A stretch of 64,000 bases of DNA from Spirochaetia bacterium (GTDB lineage Bacteria; Spirochaetota; Spirochaetia; UBA9216), in the NCBI GenBank assembly GCA_965140585.1, contig OZ223267.1, positions 320,001 to 384,000 on the forward strand, read 5' to 3'. This document shows positions 59,290 through 64,000 of this stretch, piece after piece (positions within the stretch are counted from its first letter, which is position 1; each line of letters begins with the position of its first letter). The notes under the pieces were generated by a model. That model did not search any database, was not told where the DNA came from, and saw nothing but the letters and a program-made list of their open reading frames with translations. The position numbers and the translations under genes were made by a program.

Positions 59290-59368
59290 ATTCACATATT
59301 AAGAAAAAAGCGGACTTTATACAAGAAAGATATAGAGTTAAAATTGTATCGATAAACAGATATCTATA

Positions 59369-59397
59369 TTGACACGATATTTTTAAATCGATAAAAT
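59369..59397 (+). promoter_or_regulatory. sigma70 promoter of the hydrogenase operon
   Basis: TTGACA-N17-TAAAAT; ATCGATAAA motifs at 59348 and 59387. Confidence 0.7.
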
Positions 59398-59406
59398 ATA
59401 GACTAT

Positions 59407-59658
59407 ATGAAGAACAGGATCATTATATGCATGGGAAGCTCGTGTTATGCAAGAGGCAACAGGGATAATGTAAGTCTCATAAGGGAATACCTGGAAGCTA
59501 ATAATATCAGCGGAAGTGTTGAATTCAGCGGCAGCCTATGTGAGAACAACTGCAGCCGCGGTCCTGTAGTTACAATCAACGGAAAAACTTTTTTCGATGT
59601 GGATAGACCCCTTCTTCTTCAGATTCTGGATTCAGAGGTGATGAATGAACAGTCTTAA
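59407..59658 (+). CDS. Thioredoxin-like [2Fe-2S] ferredoxin (HfsA-like)
   Basis: CMGSSC..RGN and C...C..GP.V.ING. Confidence 0.88.
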   Translation: MKNRIIICMGSSCYARGNRDNVSLIREYLEANNISGSVEFSGSLCENNCSRGPVVTINGKTFFDVDRPLLLQILDSEVMNEQS

Positions 59659-61366
59659 AGCGATTTATCCGATTTATACTGAAAAAACCGAATGTCTCGA
59701 CTGCTATAAGTGTGTAAGGGAGTGCCCGGTAAAGGCTATAACTTTTATCAACGGTCATGCATCTGTTGACCAGGAGCTTTGCGTTTTCTGCGGCAGATGT
59801 GTTACCGTATGTCCTGCCGGAGCTAAGCGTGCCAGAAATGATCTGGGCCGGGTTAAAAGCCTGCTTTCTGAAAATCCCAATGTTATTCTGTCTATTGCAC
59901 CCTCATGGCGCGGAGAATTTCCAGGCGTAACAGAAGCTGATTTGATAGCTGCTGCAGAAACTGCAGGCTTTGCAGGAGTTTCTGAAACCGCTATAGGAGC
60001 TGAGGCAGTTTCAAAAACTATCGGTGAGCTGTTCAGCAGCAGCGGTGCAAAGCTTTTAATCTCCTCAGCATGTCCGAGTGTTGTTGAATATATTTGTAAA
60101 TATAAACCCGAGTTCCGGGAAAATATAACTCCGGTATTATCGCCTATGCTTACTCATTGCAGCATTATAAAACAGACCCAGGCCCCTGGTACGGAGATTG
60201 TTTTTGCAGGCCCTTGTCTGTCCAAGAAACGGGAGTCTGACGGACACAGTGAGCTGTGCCGGGCTGCAGTCAGTTTCCTTGATCTGCGTGATCTTCTTGG
60301 CGCTGATCTCCGGGGGGCAGCGGAAGCAGCTGCAGATAAAGATAAAACTCCTGTTCTTGGCAGAAGCGGAAAGGCTGCACTTTATCCGTATGAAGGCGGA
60401 ATGATCGAAAGCATTCAAAGCAGCAATCCTGTAAAAGATGACGAGATCATCTATATGAGTTTTTCCGGGCTTGATGAAATAGCTGAAGCTCTGGAAGGCC
60501 TCAATGAAATTGAAACTGACAGAAAGATTTTTCTGGAACTTCTTTCCTGCCGCGGCGGCTGTATTAATGGCCCCGGCTGCACAAGAAAGGGCTCGGTACT
60601 CAAGAAGCTTCAGGTTATAGAAAACAGCCGCAAGAAGGCCGAGAATGATTTCGTACCGGGAAAAATCGATGAAAGCTGGAGTTTTTCAATTAAGCAGCCG
60701 GAAAACCGGACAGATGAAGAAATAAAAAAAGCTCTTTCACTTGTAGGGAAATACGGGAAAGAAGATGAACTCAACTGCGGAGGCTGCGGTTACAACACCT
60801 GCCGCGAGTTTGCTGTTGCCTGTCTTGACGGGAAAGCCGAAACCGTTATGTGCGTTTCACATATGCGGAGACTTGCACAGAAAAAGGCGAACATCATCAT
60901 CGAAAAGATGCCCTCAGGCGTTGTAATCGTTGATGAGGCTCTTCGGATTCTTGAAAGCAACCGAAGGTTTGCTGAGATGATGGGTAAAGAAACCATGGTG
61001 ATGTGGGAAAGCCGCCCGATGCTTGAAGGTGCGATGGTCGATAGGATACTGCCTTTTTCCGGGCTATTTGAGACAGTTCTGAAACGCGGTGGAGAAATAC
61101 TGGATCGAAACATCCAGTTCAACAGCAAGGTTCTCAGTGTTACAGTATTTCCGATAATTGAGCACCAGACTGCCTGTGCAATAATCCAGGATGTGACGCT
61201 GCCATGGGTCAACCGCGACAGGGTTATCAGAAAGGCTGAGGAAGTAATAAGCCGCAATCTTGAAACAGTACAGCAGATTGCCTATCTCCTTGGGGAGAAC
61301 GCCGCAGAGAATGAAGTAATCATGAATTCCATCATTGAATCGTTCAGCGGGGAGAAAGATGCATAA
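59645..61366 (+). CDS. Putative sensory [FeFe]-hydrogenase with PAS domain (HydS/HfsB-like)
   Basis: Two [4Fe-4S] motifs; H-cluster motifs ISSACP, GPCLSKKRE, ELLSCRGGCINGPG; CGGCGY.TC Fe-S domain; C-terminal PAS and helix. Confidence 0.9.
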   Translation: MNSLKAIYPIYTEKTECLDCYKCVRECPVKAITFINGHASVDQELCVFCGRCVTVCPAGAKRARNDLGRVKSLLSENPNVILSIAPSWRGEFPGVTEADLIAAAETAGFAGVSETAIGAEAVSKTIGELFSSSGAKLLISSACPSVVEYICKYKPEFRENITPVLSPMLTHCSIIKQTQAPGTEIVFAGPCLSKKRESDGHSELCRAAVSFLDLRDLLGADLRGAAEAAADKDKTPVLGRSGKAALYPYEGGMIESIQSSNPVKDDEIIYMSFSGLDEIAEALEGLNEIETDRKIFLELLSCRGGCINGPGCTRKGSVLKKLQVIENSRKKAENDFVPGKIDESWSFSIKQPENRTDEEIKKALSLVGKYGKEDELNCGGCGYNTCREFAVACLDGKAETVMCVSHMRRLAQKKANIIIEKMPSGVVIVDEALRILESNRRFAEMMGKETMVMWESRPMLEGAMVDRILPFSGLFETVLKRGGEILDRNIQFNSKVLSVTVFPIIEHQTACAIIQDVTLPWVNRDRVIRKAEEVISRNLETVQQIAYLLGENAAENEVIMNSIIESFSGEKDA

Positions 61367-62537
61367 CTGCTTTCTGGATATTGATTATGCACGAATAAAC
61401 AAGAAATCTCAGCGTGCAGGCGGAGATGTCTTTCTTTCAAGAAAGTCGGACACAGACGGAAGAGTCGTTTCAGTGCTTTCAGACGGTCTTGGAAGCGGCA
61501 TAAAGGCGAATGTTCTGGCAACCCTGACTACAACACTTGCTGCAGGATGTATAGCAGGCAGCCTTTCAATAGAGAGGACTGCAGAGGTAATTATGCGGAG
61601 TCTTCCTGAATGCAGCGAAAGAAAGATAAGTTATGCCACCTTCACCATTATTGATATTGAATATGACGGAAGTACAAGGATTATCGAATACGACAATCCG
61701 GGTTATCTGCTTTTACGGGACGGCAGACTTCTATCCCCCGAAAAGAAAACCATAACTGTCAACAGCCCGAACGGCAGAAACAATTTGTATTTTTCATTCA
61801 TAAAACTGCAGAGCGGCGATCGCATTGTTATGTACTCTGACGGAGTACCTCAGTCAGGAATAGGAAACAGGGAACTGCCGCTCGGGTGGGAAACTGAAAG
61901 AGCCAATGACTGGATTGTGAAAAAGATAGCCGACCAGCCTAATATCTCTTCAAGGGAACTGTCAAAGGCTGTTGTAAACAGGGCTGTTAGAAACGATATC
62001 TACATTCCACGTGATGATATTACCTGTGCTGTTATTTATGCCAGACAGCCGCGGAAACTCATGGTTGTCACCGGTCCTCCGCTGGACAGCTCAAGGGATA
62101 CTGAACTTGCCGGAATGGTTAAAAGTTTCCCTGGAAAGATGATTGTAAGCGGAGGAACCACCGCCAATATTATTTCAAGAGAACTCGGCCGCAAGGTTAG
62201 AACTGATCTCAGCAGACTTGATGGAGATCTTCCGCCAACAGCCCAAATGGATGGAATAGATCTTGTAACCGAGGGGATTTTCACTCTTGCGCGTACGGCA
62301 GAACTGCTTGAATCGGGTGAATACCGTTCAATGCGCCGGAAGAACGGCGCATCACAGATTATTGATCTGCTTCTGGACAGTGATGAGATCAACTTCGTTG
62401 TGGGAACACGGATCAATAATGCCCATCAGGATCCGAATGTTCCGGTAGGCCTTGAGATAAGGCGGAATATAGTAAACCGGATAGGAAAATGTCTTTCTGA
62501 CAAGTTACTTAAGGAAGTAAACATCTCTTATATATAG
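61359..62537 (+). CDS. SpoIIE/PP2C-like Ser/Thr phosphatase (HfsC-like)
   Basis: GD.F, LSDGLGSG.KAN, SDGV, DDIT; C-terminal GGTTA and LVTEG motifs. Confidence 0.9.
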   Translation: MHNCFLDIDYARINKKSQRAGGDVFLSRKSDTDGRVVSVLSDGLGSGIKANVLATLTTTLAAGCIAGSLSIERTAEVIMRSLPECSERKISYATFTIIDIEYDGSTRIIEYDNPGYLLLRDGRLLSPEKKTITVNSPNGRNNLYFSFIKLQSGDRIVMYSDGVPQSGIGNRELPLGWETERANDWIVKKIADQPNISSRELSKAVVNRAVRNDIYIPRDDITCAVIYARQPRKLMVVTGPPLDSSRDTELAGMVKSFPGKMIVSGGTTANIISRELGRKVRTDLSRLDGDLPPTAQMDGIDLVTEGIFTLARTAELLESGEYRSMRRKNGASQIIDLLLDSDEINFVVGTRINNAHQDPNVPVGLEIRRNIVNRIGKCLSDKLLKEVNISYI

Positions 62538-62560
62538 GAGATGAATAAAAGGGAGTTAAT

Positions 62561-63052
62561 ATGGCTGCAGAAAAAATGAAAAAGGTATGGGAGATCCTTG
62601 AGGCAAACGATTTCAACCAGGCAAGGCTTATACCCATCCTACAGGCTATTCAGGATGAATACCGTTATCTGCCCGAAGAAGTTCTGACATTCACCGCAAC
62701 CGCATTAGGCCTGTCGCCGGCCAAGGTTTTCGGTGTAGTAACTTTTTACAGTCACTTTTCGCTTGAGCCCAAAGGAAAATATGTGATTAAAGTATGTGAC
62801 GGAACAGCCTGCCACGTAAAGGGTTCGGGAAAGCTGATTGAAACCATCCGGAAGCATCTTGAGCTTGGTGAAAAGGATAGAAGCACAAGAGACCTTATGT
62901 TTACTCTTGAGACTGTTTCATGCCTCGGTGCATGCGGACTTGCCCCGGCTGTCGTTGTGAACGATAAGATATTCGGACAGGTTACCGAAGCCGGAGTCAG
63001 GGAAATTATCGATAACATCAAAGCATCGGAGGCTGTTCATGTCTGCAGTTAA
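62561..63052 (+). CDS. NuoE-like [2Fe-2S] subunit (HydC of a bifurcating hydrogenase)
   Basis: LIPILQ.IQ...YLP, CDGTACHVKG, CLGACGLAP. Confidence 0.92.
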   Translation: MAAEKMKKVWEILEANDFNQARLIPILQAIQDEYRYLPEEVLTFTATALGLSPAKVFGVVTFYSHFSLEPKGKYVIKVCDGTACHVKGSGKLIETIRKHLELGEKDRSTRDLMFTLETVSCLGACGLAPAVVVNDKIFGQVTEAGVREIIDNIKASEAVHVCS

Positions 63053-64000
63053 TCTTGATACTATTAAAGACCGTTATACACAGATGCGCAGTGAAGTTGA
63101 GCGCAGGATCATTGTCTGTGCCGGAACCGGCTGCCTTGCCAACGGTTCGGCTGATATTTTCAAATCATTTGAACAGAAGCAGCTTGAACGCGGACTGAAA
63201 GTGAGTGTTAAACTCAGGCCTGAAGACGATTCTCCGGATATTCTTGTTTCGGGAAGCGGTTGTCAGGGCTTCTGCCAGGTCGGTCCGCTGGTAACCATTC
63301 AGCCCGACGGTATCCTGTATGCACATGTTAAACCCGAAGATGTGGAAGATATCATTGAAAAAACAATTTTAAATGGTGAGGTAATTGAAAGACTACTGTA
63401 CACCGAACCTGCTTCAGGGAACAGCTGCAGGGGCACTTTAGAAATACCATTCTACGCAAAGCAGAGCAGACAGGTGCTTAAAAACTGCGGAAACTGTGAC
63501 CCTCTCGATCTGAATGAATATATTGCCGGAGACGGTTATGAAGCTGCCAGAAAGGCTTTCACTGCCATGAAGCCTGAAGATATCTGTGCTCTGATAAAAG
63601 AGGCCGGACTTAGAGGCAGGGGCGGCGGAGGTTTTTCTACAGGAAGAAAGTGGGAACTTGGCAACAGACAGCAGTCTGATAAAAAGTACATCATATGCAA
63701 CGGCGATGAGGGAGATCCGGGTGCCTTCATGGACCGGAGTATTCTTGAGGGAAATCCTCACTCTGTAGTCGAAGGTATGATGATAGCTGCTGCAGCCACT
63801 GGTTCGGATGAAGGCTACATCTACGTTAGAACTGAGTATCCCCTTGCTGTTGAACGAATCAGGAAGGCCATTACAGCTGCTGAGGATGCAGGAATTTTAG
63901 GAGATTCTATCTTCGGAACAGGCAGGAGTCTGAAGCTTCATGTAATGGAGGGCGCCGGAGCCTTTGTCTGCGGAGAGGCTAGCGCTATGGTTTCAAGTAT
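63039..64000 (+). CDS. NuoF-like FMN/NADH subunit (HydB); partial, runs off the window end
   Basis: Read by eye from ATG 63039: MSAVNL...CAGTGC...GCQGFC..GP...GLRGRGGGGF...CNGDEGDPGAFMDRS...GAGAFVCGE; absent from the ORF track because it has no stop in the window. Confidence 0.92.
   Translation, partial: MSAVNLDTIKDRYTQMRSEVERRIIVCAGTGCLANGSADIFKSFEQKQLERGLKVSVKLRPEDDSPDILVSGSGCQGFCQVGPLVTIQPDGILYAHVKPEDVEDIIEKTILNGEVIERLLYTEPASGNSCRGTLEIPFYAKQSRQVLKNCGNCDPLDLNEYIAGDGYEAARKAFTAMKPEDICALIKEAGLRGRGGGGFSTGRKWELGNRQQSDKKYIICNGDEGDPGAFMDRSILEGNPHSVVEGMMIAAAATGSDEGYIYVRTEYPLAVERIRKAITAAEDAGILGDSIFGTGRSLKLHVMEGAGAFVCGEASAMVSS

Noticed and set aside
1-64000. CRISPR arrays, IS/transposases, integrases, prophage, defence genes, tRNA or rRNA
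   Set aside because: No regularly spaced repeats, recombinase motifs or RNA-gene signatures were seen; the content is housekeeping with spirochaete-type synteny

Overview
This window is core chromosomal DNA from an anaerobic, probably free-living spirochaete (Spirochaetaceae-like). The assignment is inferred from short FlaB-type flagellins, P83/100, and spirochaete-type synteny of flgK-flgL-fliW-csrA, tsaBE and infC-rpmI-rplT. Coding content includes secA, glycoside hydrolases, long-form ilvC, a flagellar filament locus (flgN/K/L, fliW, csrA, fliD, flaG, two flagellins) with two PilZ proteins and an HD-GYP protein, and zapAB. It also holds lysC, a JAB-DinG helicase, orphan groES, an RpoS-like sigma factor, ppdK, PBP1A, cNMP-binding proteins, and a sensory [FeFe]-hydrogenase (hfsABC-like) upstream of a bifurcating hydrogenase/NuoEF module cut by the window end. 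Non-coding features read from the sequence are a 6S RNA, a lysine riboswitch, CsrA-type hairpins, and sigma28, sigma54 and sigma70 promoter candidates. No mobile element, CRISPR array, tRNA or rRNA was seen. The main leads are an unexplained multi-stem RNA between the flagellin genes, many apparently leaderless genes, a sigma54-driven RpoS-like gene with an enhancer palindrome, a ParB-CTPase-only protein with a membrane-targeting-like tail, and tandem IlvY-like operators at ilvC with no adjacent ilvY. All calls come from visual motif recognition; no searches were run.
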